A stretch of DNA of 64,000 nucleotides from an uncultured Candidatus Saccharibacteria bacterium (lineage in GTDB: Bacteria > Patescibacteriota > Minisyncoccia > Phycocordibacterales > DAORIS01): contig CAZXUH010000001.1 in assembly GCA_964644035.1 (NCBI GenBank), positions 131,712 through 195,711 of the forward strand, read 5' to 3'. Under the pieces are notes generated by a model. It saw only the letters and a program-made list of their open reading frames with translations, did not search any database and was not told where the DNA came from. Positions 29,691-38,533 of the stretch are shown piece after piece (position 1 is the stretch's first letter; each line of letters begins with the position of its first letter). The position numbers and the translations under genes were made by a program.

Positions 29691-29914
29691 TGTCTGAACA
29701 CATTGACACTCTTATATATCTGTATCTGGTTTTCTTATGAACAAGTTATACATCGTTATTAACCGTTTTTCCACGGACTTATAAACAAAATTATCCACTT
29801 TTGCAATTGTGCTATTTACACGAGTGATAGACTGGCTGAGTCGCATTGTGTGTATGCGAAGAAAGTCAGATATGTTATTTACCCAAACACATAATTTTTC
29901 GGTTTCGGGAGCGC

Positions 29915-29977
29915 AGCTCATAACGAGAGCTGTCTTCTGCTGTGAACAAAAGATAACAGCGGGGGACAGCTCTTTTT
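29915..29977 (+). promoter_or_regulatory. Candidate attenuator in the ~380-nt leader of the tasA-like operon
   Basis: Alternative hairpins share GAGCTG. The first is cagctc-ataacga-gagctg. The second is a terminator-like gagctgtc...(32 nt)...gacagctc (29927-29972) followed by ctttttg. Inference from sequence only. Confidence 0.3.
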
Positions 29978-30081
29978 GCTTGATGGGCACTGTAAAAAGG
30001 TCGATACGTTGCAAGCGAGCGCTGTAGAAGTAGAGAAGTAGCAAAAAGAAGTTATTAATAGTTATTTTATTCAATCAATAC

Positions 30082-31752
30082 ATGAAAAAAAGAATTTTCC
30101 TCAGTGTTGGAATGATTGTATTTGTGACCGCTGTAGTTATCGGCGCAACAGGTGCATTCTTTTCTGACACAGAAACATCGGCTGATAACATCTTCACTGC
30201 GGGCGCAATTGACCTGCAGGTGGACAATACCAGCTATTACAACGGCGCTGTCTCGACAAGCACGACATGGACAATGCGTGATCTTACGATCGAGAAGTTT
30301 TTTAATTTCCTAGACTTGAAACCGGGAGACACTGGTGAAGACACCATCTCGCTTCATGTCAATAACAACGATTCATGGCTCTGCGCCGACGTTACATTGA
30401 CTTCGGACAATGACAACTCACTCACTGAACCAGAATCAGAAGACGGTGATGCAACAGGCGGTATTGGCGAAGGAGAACTCGGTGATCAGGTCAATTTTAT
30501 TTGGTGGGCGGACGACGGCGACAATGTCCTCGAAACTGATGAAACAGTATTGCCTGGAGGTCCTATTGGAGCACTCGGAGTCGGAAATACGGCAACAGTT
30601 GCTCTTGCAGACTCTCAGACAAATATTTGGGGTGATGAAGGTCCACTTCCTGGCGCATCTGTACGATATGTTGGCAAGGCATGGTGCTTTGGTGATATTT
30701 CAGCAGCAGCCCTTACACAGGATGGTTTTGGAACATCAAGTCCTCGCACACCAGCCAACTCAACAGGCGGTATTGCATGCGATGGATCTGATCTAGACAA
30801 CACCGCTCAGACAGACAGTCTCACAGCAGACGTCTCATTCCGAGCAGTTCAGTCACGAAACAATGGTAGCTTCGTATGTGAAGCTCCAGATGAAGAACCA
30901 GTAGAACCTACAGTAGGAGCACTTCTTAGCTCATACGTAGCTCCAACAGGTGAATCTTGCAACGTAGTTGTCTCATCTTCAACACCTTCACTCGATACGA
31001 TTCAGGAAGGTGTCGATGCAGCTCTCGCAGGTCAAACAGTGTGCGTACTTCCTGGAACATATACAGGAGACGTCAATGTTAATAAATCAATCACTCTTGC
31101 AGGTGGAGGATCAGCAAATACGACCGTTAATGGTGTCGGACTAGGCGAAGCAGGTGCTCTCGTTATTTCAGCCAACAACGTAACTGTCAAAGGCTTCAAT
31201 GTAAATGGTACTGGTGTCTCAGCTATCCGAATCTCGGGTGCTCGCTCTGGTATCACGATCAATAGCAACAAGATGACTTCGGCAACAGGCCAGAATGCAT
31301 TTCTTGCTGATGGCGGTCAGACAAACCATGTTCTCTCAAACAATGAATTTGTCGGATCAAATGCAGGTCCAATTGCATACGTAAATGGTCTTGCAAGCGT
31401 CAATGTGGCTTCAAACAATGTTGATTTCAACAACAACACTTTTAGCGGATCAGGAACAATGGCTCTTGGTCAGGAAGCTTTTGGTAGCGATGTAAAACTC
31501 AACAAGTTTTCAGCTTCAACAAGCTTCACGGATGTTGAAGACTGGACAGCAGGTAGCTTGTTCAATCAGAACAACTTCAACGACGCAGGTTTGAATCTCC
31601 AGCATTCAGAAAATGGTAATACTGGTGAAACAGGCATTACCAATGCAGAAAACAACTGGTGGGGCGATGCAAACCCAGCAGACGGCGATGTTAATGCGAA
31701 TGCAGATGTAGACTTCAACCCATTTGCAGCAAGCGCATTCCCACAGAACTAG
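30082..31752 (+). CDS. TasA/camelysin-like (peptidase M73 family) secreted protein with SipW-cognate signal peptide and C-terminal right-handed beta-helix domain
   Basis: 556 aa. The N-terminus MKKRIFLSVGMIVFVTAVVIGATGAFFSDTETSADNIFTAGAIDLQVDN matches B. subtilis TasA (GGGTWAAFNDIKSKDATFASGTLDL). The C-terminal half has NVTVKGFNVNG...ITINSNKMT...VLSNNEFVG...VASNNVDFNNNTF beta-helix/PbH1-like repeats. Confidence 0.7.
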   Translation: MKKRIFLSVGMIVFVTAVVIGATGAFFSDTETSADNIFTAGAIDLQVDNTSYYNGAVSTSTTWTMRDLTIEKFFNFLDLKPGDTGEDTISLHVNNNDSWLCADVTLTSDNDNSLTEPESEDGDATGGIGEGELGDQVNFIWWADDGDNVLETDETVLPGGPIGALGVGNTATVALADSQTNIWGDEGPLPGASVRYVGKAWCFGDISAAALTQDGFGTSSPRTPANSTGGIACDGSDLDNTAQTDSLTADVSFRAVQSRNNGSFVCEAPDEEPVEPTVGALLSSYVAPTGESCNVVVSSSTPSLDTIQEGVDAALAGQTVCVLPGTYTGDVNVNKSITLAGGGSANTTVNGVGLGEAGALVISANNVTVKGFNVNGTGVSAIRISGARSGITINSNKMTSATGQNAFLADGGQTNHVLSNNEFVGSNAGPIAYVNGLASVNVASNNVDFNNNTFSGSGTMALGQEAFGSDVKLNKFSASTSFTDVEDWTAGSLFNQNNFNDAGLNLQHSENGNTGETGITNAENNWWGDANPADGDVNANADVDFNPFAASAFPQN

Positions 31753-31779
31753 GTCTTCTTTATCAGTTAATCAACTAAC

Positions 31780-33135
31780 ATGAAGAAGATACTACTCAGT
31801 ATTGGCTCTATCATCTTCGCGGGCGCTATCCTCGTCGGGGCGACGGGTGCGTACCTTTCTGACAGCGAGACCTCGACTGGCAATACCTTTGCCACAGGCG
31901 TTATTGATTTGAAAATCGATAATGAAAGCTATGTCACCAATGATTTTGGCAAACTGGTCTTCAGTTCGTCGACTTCATGGGCACTTTCATCGCTTGCCGG
32001 AAAACTCTTTTTCAATTTCTCTGACATTAAGCCAGGGGATATTGGAGAAGACACCATCTCGCTTCACGTAAACAACAACAATGCGTGGGCGTGCATGGCG
32101 GTCAATCTGACCGGCACACCGGAAAACGGTCAAAACGATCCAGAAGCAATCGTTGATCCTACGTCAGGCGCCAATGACGGTGAACTTCAAAATGAACTCA
32201 ACTTTGCTTTCTGGGGTGATGACGGCGACAATGTCTATGAACAAGGAGAGACTATTTTCAAGCAAGGGCTTGTAAAAAATATCTTCAACGGACAAAACTG
32301 GGCGCTTGCCGATTCCGCTACCAATATTTGGGGCACACCGGGACCAATTCTCGGCAATACCGTCAAATATGTTGGCAAAGCATGGTGCTTCGGACCACTT
32401 GGTACTGCTGCCAAGACTCAAGACAACTTGGGTAAGACAGGCAACAACGGACCATTGGTACGCGGAACGGGCTTTACCTGCAGTGGTGACACGATTGGCA
32501 ACATCGTGCAAAGCGATGGTCTCAAAGCCAATGTCAGCTTCACTGCAGTTCAGTCTCGAAACAATGGCAGTTTTGTCTGCGGTCAGACAACAACACCTCC
32601 ACCCCAAGCAACTTCAAGCTCCACATTTCTCTCGGATAATTTCGAAAGTTATACACCAGGGGATGAATGGGATGAAGAATGGCCAGATGGATCGTCGAAT
32701 TATGATTGGGATGAAGTTGGCGGGGTAAAGTTTTTGGCTGGTGTAGGCAATCCCGGAAAGGCAGCCGATCTCAATGCCGACAACAACAATGCCAGCGTTC
32801 CCAATAATAAAGAGACTCTGACGGCCACATATCTCGACGTTACGGGATACAACACGATTGTATTCAAGTATGATCGTAAGACCGATGACACCAATTCGCC
32901 TCCACAGGCAGTTGGTCCTCAGACTTTGAAGGTAGAGTATAGCGTCAATGACGGTGCAAGCTGGACGACGCTCGAGACAGTCAATGGAGAATCCGCATGG
33001 ACGACCAAGACTTTCTCACTCTCACCTTCGGCAAACAACAAACCAAGAGTAAAGGTCAGATTTACATTGACTGGTCAAGACGCAAGTAATCACGCCTACA
33101 TCGACAATGTAACGGTGACAGGCATCACACCTTAG
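31780..33135 (+). CDS. TasA/camelysin-like secreted protein, paralog 2, with distinct C-terminal beta-sandwich-like domain
   Basis: 451 aa. Same SipW-cognate N-terminus (GATGAYLSDSETSTGNTFATGVIDLKIDN). Conserved core GEDTISLHVNNNNAWACMAVNLTG...FAFWGDDGDNVYE...YVGKAWCFG. The unrelated C-terminal region ends ...AYIDNVTVTGI. Confidence 0.7.
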   Translation: MKKILLSIGSIIFAGAILVGATGAYLSDSETSTGNTFATGVIDLKIDNESYVTNDFGKLVFSSSTSWALSSLAGKLFFNFSDIKPGDIGEDTISLHVNNNNAWACMAVNLTGTPENGQNDPEAIVDPTSGANDGELQNELNFAFWGDDGDNVYEQGETIFKQGLVKNIFNGQNWALADSATNIWGTPGPILGNTVKYVGKAWCFGPLGTAAKTQDNLGKTGNNGPLVRGTGFTCSGDTIGNIVQSDGLKANVSFTAVQSRNNGSFVCGQTTTPPPQATSSSTFLSDNFESYTPGDEWDEEWPDGSSNYDWDEVGGVKFLAGVGNPGKAADLNADNNNASVPNNKETLTATYLDVTGYNTIVFKYDRKTDDTNSPPQAVGPQTLKVEYSVNDGASWTTLETVNGESAWTTKTFSLSPSANNKPRVKVRFTLTGQDASNHAYIDNVTVTGITP

Positions 33136-33151
33136 TTATTCATTATTCACC

Positions 33152-34522
33152 ATGAAAAAAATACTGTTAAGCATGAGTGTAATAGTCTTCGTAGCCGGCG
33201 CCTTCGCAGCTGGTGCGACGGGTTCGTTCTTTTCTGACACCGAAACTTCAAGCGGCAATACGTTTACCGCTGGAGCAATCGATCTCAAAATCGACAACTC
33301 AAGCTATTACAACGGTTCACTATCGAGCAGCACCAGCTGGTCGCTGACGGACCTCACGATTCAGAAGTTCTTTGATTTCTCGGACGTTAAGCCAAGTGAC
33401 TACGGCGAAGATACGATTTCGCTGCATGTCGACAACAATGACGCATATTTGTGCGCCAATGTGACGCTTACGAGTAATGATGATAATGGTTTGACCGAGC
33501 CGGAATCGGAAGTCGATCAGACCGCAGGAGTAGGACAGGGCGAGCTTGCCGATGAAGTCAATTTCATCTGGTGGGCGGACGACGGCGACAATGTTCTTGA
33601 AGACAATGAAAATGTCATTTCTCAAGGACCGATCGGTGCACTTGGAGTCAATGGTTCGACAACTGTTCCTCTCGCTGATTCAGAAAACAATATCTGGACA
33701 GGTCAAGGTGGACCAGTGCCTGGAGCGCAGACGCTCTATATCGGCAAGGCGTGGTGCTTTGGCGGTATTACTGCAAACCCTCTCGATCAGGACAATGCGA
33801 CAAGCACCAATCCTAGTCTTGATAACAATGACAACTCAATTGCCGGTGAACCTGCAGACGGAGGATATCTTTGTGATGGATCAGATCTTGATAACAGCAC
33901 TCAAAGCGACAGTCTCACAGCCGACGTAACATTTACCGCTGTGCAGGCACGTCACAATGATGAATTCCTCTGCACACCTCCTCCACCTCCACCAGTGCGA
34001 CTGGCCTGCACTCCTGGACAGGAATGGGCAGATACGGTTGTCACGAGTAATCATGGCAATCGCAAAGATGGATCACTTATCTTAGTTGACCGACGCAATC
34101 CAACATTTGCTCTTGGTCCAGCACAGACAACAGGTACACCTTCGGATGCTGTTGTCACACCAGCGAGTTTCTTTAGCCTTGGATTCAATGTCGGTACAAC
34201 AACAACTCGAAGTCTGACGGTTGCATTCAATGACAACATTATCGTCAATGCAACTGGCAGCGACGTGCGTATCTATGAAGTGACAGGAGGAGTCTATCCC
34301 GATGAACACATCATGGTTGAAGCAAGTCAAAACGGCATTGGATGGACAACCATTGCCGCAGACGCAATTCGCGATGCTGATATTGATCTAGGGGCACTGC
34401 CTTGGGCTAGGTACATTAGAATCACCGACATCAATACAACGGGACCATTCCCAAGTGATGCCGATGGATATGATGTTGATGCTGTCAGGGCACTTAATTG
34501 TGAACAAACACCAGTGGTGTAA
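33152..34522 (+). CDS. TasA/camelysin-like secreted protein, paralog 3, with poly-Pro linker and third distinct C-terminal domain
   Basis: 456 aa. N-terminus GATGSFFSDTETSSGNTFTAGAIDLKIDN. Core nearly collinear with paralog 1 (GEDTISLHVDNNDAYLCANVTLTSNDDNGLTEPESE...NFIWWADDGDNVLE). PPPPPPV linker before a C-terminal domain. Confidence 0.7.
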   Translation: MKKILLSMSVIVFVAGAFAAGATGSFFSDTETSSGNTFTAGAIDLKIDNSSYYNGSLSSSTSWSLTDLTIQKFFDFSDVKPSDYGEDTISLHVDNNDAYLCANVTLTSNDDNGLTEPESEVDQTAGVGQGELADEVNFIWWADDGDNVLEDNENVISQGPIGALGVNGSTTVPLADSENNIWTGQGGPVPGAQTLYIGKAWCFGGITANPLDQDNATSTNPSLDNNDNSIAGEPADGGYLCDGSDLDNSTQSDSLTADVTFTAVQARHNDEFLCTPPPPPPVRLACTPGQEWADTVVTSNHGNRKDGSLILVDRRNPTFALGPAQTTGTPSDAVVTPASFFSLGFNVGTTTTRSLTVAFNDNIIVNATGSDVRIYEVTGGVYPDEHIMVEASQNGIGWTTIAADAIRDADIDLGALPWARYIRITDINTTGPFPSDADGYDVDAVRALNCEQTPVV

Positions 34523-34528
34523 TAACAC

Positions 34529-36097
34529 ATGAAAGTAATCTTCAACACTTTTTACTATCTCTTCATTGCAGGCATAGTAGCCATTGGACTTTTGCTCCTG
34601 GCGACGCTTGTTCCAGTGCCAGGGAATTTCAAGGTGAAAGTGGTGAAATCCGGTTCGATGTCGCCAGCTATACCAACAGGAAGTATCGTGGTCATTAAAC
34701 CCGAAAATTCTTATAGTGTTGGCGATATTATTACCTTCGGTGCAGATACTAAGACTCAGGTTCCTACGACGCACAGAATTATTGCTGTGCAGGGTAGTGG
34801 ATCGGGCAAAGTATTTACCACTCAAGGTGATGCCAACGATGCGCCAGATACGGCAGCAACGCGGCTATCGGATATCAGAGGCAAGGTAGTGTTTTCAGCG
34901 CCGTATGTCGGCTATGTGCTCGACTTCGGAAGGAAACCATTAGGTTTTGCACTGCTTGTAGGTGTTCCAGCACTCTCTATTATCTTCGATGAAATCATGA
35001 AGATCGTCAGAGAGATTAGAAGAATTCGCCGAAAGAAAAACCATCCAGAAGACAATATCGATGAATCTGCAAGTGGAGTGAGTACTACAGTACACAATAC
35101 TGTACAACCGCCAACAGTTACATCTACCTATTATCCGAAACATGACATAGCCAATAAAAGGATGATGTCAGCATCGATGGATGGAATAGTCAGACCTCAA
35201 CAGATAAGGAGGAATATAGAAAGTAATGCAGCCAGCCGGGCCTATCAGGTCCAGCCTGGGCGTGTAGCATATTTTTCCGCTCGAACACTTCTCGTGGCCT
35301 TCGTAGCTGCTGGGTGTATGTTTGGTCTGTCTTCTATAGGCGGTACGCTGTCATATTTCAATGACAGCGAAACATCGACAGCTAATCTTCTAAGAGCGGG
35401 AATACTTGATGTCGAAATTTCACCCATTCTTACGGACAATAGTGTTGCTCGTTTGAGTGTACCTGATGAGACAGCAAGCACGACCGAAGAAGTCAAAGAC
35501 AAACCGACAAGCAGCCAGCTCTTCAGAATTTCTCTTACTGATAGTGATAAGGAAAATGTACCTTTTCTTTACACGGTCTTTGGGGAATTCAATAAAGACA
35601 ATCCCGCTGGTTGCGAAGCAGTAGAGCTCAGCGTCTTCATGAATGAATATCATTATGATGGACTGCTGTCATCATTTGCTTTGCCGGCAACATCTGCGGC
35701 TGGTACAGGGCAGTTTATTGTCTCGGCACCAACCGGAGATTCTATTCTTGCATCGGGGGCAATATGTGCAGGTAATCTTATTTTCAGGGCTTATCCTGAA
35801 AATACAGAAGATCCGCTCAATTCGCCTTTCTCAGATGAGGAAAGGTATCCTTTCACGGTTCAAAATTATATTGAACCAGTGTCGATACCAGCAGCTCAAG
35901 AAATAGTTGCAGAATCTGTAGTTATTGAGGTTCCAAAAGAAACAGCAGAAGAAATAATAACTAATCCAGAAACAGAGAGTGAAACTCCTGTAACGGAAGT
36001 AATTGTTGAACCTGTTTCAGAGCCTGTGGTAGATATACCCCTTGTACCTGAGACATCAGCTACTGAAACACCACATACTTCTACCGAAACTATATAA
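34529..36097 (+). CDS. SipW-type (archaeal-type, S26B) signal peptidase I, fused in frame to a C-terminal protein that itself begins with a SipW-cognate signal peptide
   Basis: Residues ~1-175: N-terminal TM, VVKSGSMSPAIPTGSIVVIKP...THRIIAV...TQGDANDAPD...GKVVFSAPYVGYV, C-terminal TM (compare SipW VLSGSMEP). Residues ~215-522: basic n-region, h-region TLLVAFVAAGCMFGLSSIGG, then TLSYFNDSETSTANLLRAGILDVEISP (TasA-type cleavage region) and an acidic Pro/Glu/Thr-rich tail. There is no in-frame stop between the two parts. Confidence 0.65.
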   Translation: MKVIFNTFYYLFIAGIVAIGLLLLATLVPVPGNFKVKVVKSGSMSPAIPTGSIVVIKPENSYSVGDIITFGADTKTQVPTTHRIIAVQGSGSGKVFTTQGDANDAPDTAATRLSDIRGKVVFSAPYVGYVLDFGRKPLGFALLVGVPALSIIFDEIMKIVREIRRIRRKKNHPEDNIDESASGVSTTVHNTVQPPTVTSTYYPKHDIANKRMMSASMDGIVRPQQIRRNIESNAASRAYQVQPGRVAYFSARTLLVAFVAAGCMFGLSSIGGTLSYFNDSETSTANLLRAGILDVEISPILTDNSVARLSVPDETASTTEEVKDKPTSSQLFRISLTDSDKENVPFLYTVFGEFNKDNPAGCEAVELSVFMNEYHYDGLLSSFALPATSAAGTGQFIVSAPTGDSILASGAICAGNLIFRAYPENTEDPLNSPFSDEERYPFTVQNYIEPVSIPAAQEIVAESVVIEVPKETAEEIITNPETESETPVTEVIVEPVSEPVVDIPLVPETSATETPHTSTETI

Positions 36098-36120
36098 ATT
36101 TCGATTGAAGTGATAGTAGA

Positions 36121-36160
36121 ACAAACCACCCGAGGAGGGTGGTTTGTTTGTTGTTTTATT
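36121..36160. terminator. Bidirectional terminator between the convergent tasA/sipW operon and the cohesin operon
   Basis: aaaccaccc-gagga-gggtggttt 9-bp perfect stem followed by gtttgttgttttatt. Confidence 0.7.
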
Positions 36161-36198
36161 TAATTCTAATTTTCTCTCAATAGAGAGAATGAGCCAAA

Positions 36199-37644
36199 TT
36201 ACTCCATTTCCTCGATCTTTTTAATGAGATATTTTTCAGTAAGCTTAATGTTGTCTGAGAATTTCTTAAGTATCTTCGCTTCTTCTTTTGTGAGTTTTTT
36301 ATCACCCTTTGCGTTTTCAAGCGTCTCAACATGTTCATTGAGATCATCTTCGAGCAATTTCATTGCGCGATGAATTTCATTCTTAGTTTCGTGCAAGACT
36401 TTGTCAGTGCTTTGTTTAGGCTTTCTCGTCTTACGCATGATGAAGTAGGTGAGAGCCCAGACAAAGAGTAGTAGGCCAAGTATGGATACTATGAGAAGCA
36501 AGGTGCTATTTGCAAGGAGTGAGGTTGTGCCGCTAGTCTTTGCGGTATTTGGTTCAGGGAAGTTTATTGATAGCGATTCTTCTGCTGTATTGCCCGCAGC
36601 ATCGAATGCTTTGACAGTTACACCACGAATGCCTGCCGGTACATTGGCAAAGGTGTATCGTGTAGGGCCATTGGCGTTTGTACTCTTTATTTCAGCAGGT
36701 GCCTGACCATCTACAGTAATCAAATATTTTGCAATACCCGACGCACTATCTTTGGCAGAAATATCTATAACAGCCTGACCTGAATCCAGGATCGAATGGT
36801 TTACAGTAAGTGACTCTGGAGCAGTAGTATCGATTTTGACCTTTCTATGCGTAATTTTGCCCCAACCAGAACTATCTCTATATCGGATGTGGAAATATGA
36901 AAGCCCTTCTTCTATATCATTGACCTCTTTTGAATTTATAGCTGGTGTATAGGAAACAGTTGGTGTTGAGTCGGGATCTCTATCAAATAAAAGCTGAAGA
37001 GAAGTTACCCCTTTTGGAACTGACCAGAGAAAGGTTGTGTCGCTAAGAGAATACCATTTCTCAGGATCAGGCATGTCCTTTGAGGACACAATAGGAGCAG
37101 CTGGACCTACTTCTGTAGGTTTAGGAGTCTCTTTTACCTCTGGTGTCGTAGGTTTTGTGGCTGGAGGTGCGGTCACGACGACTGATACTCCGGTTTTACT
37201 TTGGGTAGCGTCGGTTCCTAGGCCGTCATTGGCACGGACGGTGGCTGATTGGAATGCAATTGTGGCTTTGCCATCTCTCTTGGCGCGCATTTGTATCGAC
37301 AAAACCTTGCCGGCTGAACCTGTATATCCAGGGTTAGGTACGCCACCATTAAACGTCACCATGCCGCCAGAAAATGCAGGCTGCTCTACCCACAAACTAA
37401 GCACCGATCCAGTGGTATTGACTGAAAGAATCTCCAGAATATCAGAGGGGACTGAAATCACCCCTTCGACGCTATTGATAGGAACGCCGTTGGTATTGAC
37501 GTAGATAGTTGCTGTGACTGTTTCGCCAGTTTGAACCTCAGCTCTTCCGGTCGTGATATACACGCTTGCAGCATCTATAACCTGAGCGGAAAGAAAGAAT
37601 CCTGCAATGATGACGGTTACGATAACATTCTTTAAAATCTTCAT
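36199..37644 (-). CDS. Cohesin-like domain protein with C-terminal TM anchor and cytoplasmic coiled-coil tail
   Basis: 481 aa. Signal peptide. GETVTATIYVNTNGVPINSVEGVISVPSDILEILSVNTTGSVLSLWVEQPAFSGGMVTFNGGVPNP...GKVLSIQMRAKRDG follows the cohesin pattern (GDTVxVPV...NxDFxxxYDPxVLE...G.I.F.F...DG.FA.I.FKV). Then Thr/Pro-rich linkers, Ig-like repeats, the TM helix LLLIVSILGLLLFVWALTYFI and a charged tail. Confidence 0.5.
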   Translation of the reverse strand: MKILKNVIVTVIIAGFFLSAQVIDAASVYITTGRAEVQTGETVTATIYVNTNGVPINSVEGVISVPSDILEILSVNTTGSVLSLWVEQPAFSGGMVTFNGGVPNPGYTGSAGKVLSIQMRAKRDGKATIAFQSATVRANDGLGTDATQSKTGVSVVVTAPPATKPTTPEVKETPKPTEVGPAAPIVSSKDMPDPEKWYSLSDTTFLWSVPKGVTSLQLLFDRDPDSTPTVSYTPAINSKEVNDIEEGLSYFHIRYRDSSGWGKITHRKVKIDTTAPESLTVNHSILDSGQAVIDISAKDSASGIAKYLITVDGQAPAEIKSTNANGPTRYTFANVPAGIRGVTVKAFDAAGNTAEESLSINFPEPNTAKTSGTTSLLANSTLLLIVSILGLLLFVWALTYFIMRKTRKPKQSTDKVLHETKNEIHRAMKLLEDDLNEHVETLENAKGDKKLTKEEAKILKKFSDNIKLTEKYLIKKIEEME

Positions 37645-38531
37645 TTCTTCTTTAATGAATATTTATAGATAACAATGCCGATAATGATAAGTACTGCTAT
37701 GTTGAGAATGAGCCACAACATTTGATTATTCGATGTTCCTGAAGCAGCTTTTGAAGTTTTTACAGTAACAGATTTGATATTTCCAGCATTGTCGACAGCA
37801 CGAACGGTTAGTTCTCCAGAGAGTGATTGATCTTGGAGAATATATGTATTGCCCGAGCGTACGAGAGGTAAGTCATTTTCTATGACTTCATAACGATTGA
37901 TACCCGATTCGAGATCGATAGCATTGAAGCTGGCGAAATATTTGCCATCGTAGGTGTCTTTGTCATAGCCGATCACTACGTCGAAATTTTGCGGTGCGAT
38001 CTTGTCGGCAAGTATAATTTCTGTAAGTTCATTGGATGTTGCTCCAGTCGTTTGTGTGACATCGATAGTAGAAGATTTGCCCGTCACCGACACTTTGGTG
38101 CCTTTGCCATCATGCAAAAATACAAATGCATTATCAAATGAAGCGTTTAGAGAACCAGGTGTGGTAGGTCTTATAGCAATAGAAAATACTTTTAGTCGAC
38201 TGCCAGAAATACCAGACGTAGCACCGCCGGTAAAGGTAATTTTCTTTCCTGAGAAAGAAGGTTTGTTTGGCCAAAGACTAAATAGGGAACTATTGGTTGT
38301 GATTGCTGTTATTTCATATTCACCCTCAATGGTCAGTGATCCTTCGACAACGTTTATTTCTTGTTTTTCAGTATCAAGTATGACATCGACGATAACTGTA
38401 TCTCCCGCATGCACGATTTGTGACGGTTCATTGAGATAGATAGACATTGCACGAGTTGTCGCAGGTAAGCACACAAAAGCTGTACAAATAGCTAGAGAAA
38501 ATAAAATCTGTTGTATAAAGGTGTGTTTCAT
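37641..38531 (-). CDS. Secreted cohesin-like domain protein (paralog of the N-terminal domain of the downstream gene) with C-terminal TM
   Basis: 296 aa. AGDTVIVDVILDTEKQEINVVEGSLTIEGEYEITAITTNSSLFSLWPNKPSFSGKKITFTGGATSG...LKVFSIAIRP shares the cohesin-like pattern. C-terminal hydrophobic helix. ATGA overlap with the next gene. Confidence 0.5.
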   Translation of the reverse strand: MKHTFIQQILFSLAICTAFVCLPATTRAMSIYLNEPSQIVHAGDTVIVDVILDTEKQEINVVEGSLTIEGEYEITAITTNSSLFSLWPNKPSFSGKKITFTGGATSGISGSRLKVFSIAIRPTTPGSLNASFDNAFVFLHDGKGTKVSVTGKSSTIDVTQTTGATSNELTEIILADKIAPQNFDVVIGYDKDTYDGKYFASFNAIDLESGINRYEVIENDLPLVRSGNTYILQDQSLSGELTVRAVDNAGNIKSVTVKTSKAASGTSNNQMLWLILNIAVLIIIGIVIYKYSLKKK

Positions 38532-38533
38532 TT

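Noticed and set aside
29712-30074. 120-aa minus-strand ORF in the leader of the tasA-like operon
   Set aside because: It lies in an AT-rich untranslated leader with hairpins. It has no RBS and atypical composition, and is more plausibly a regulatory region.
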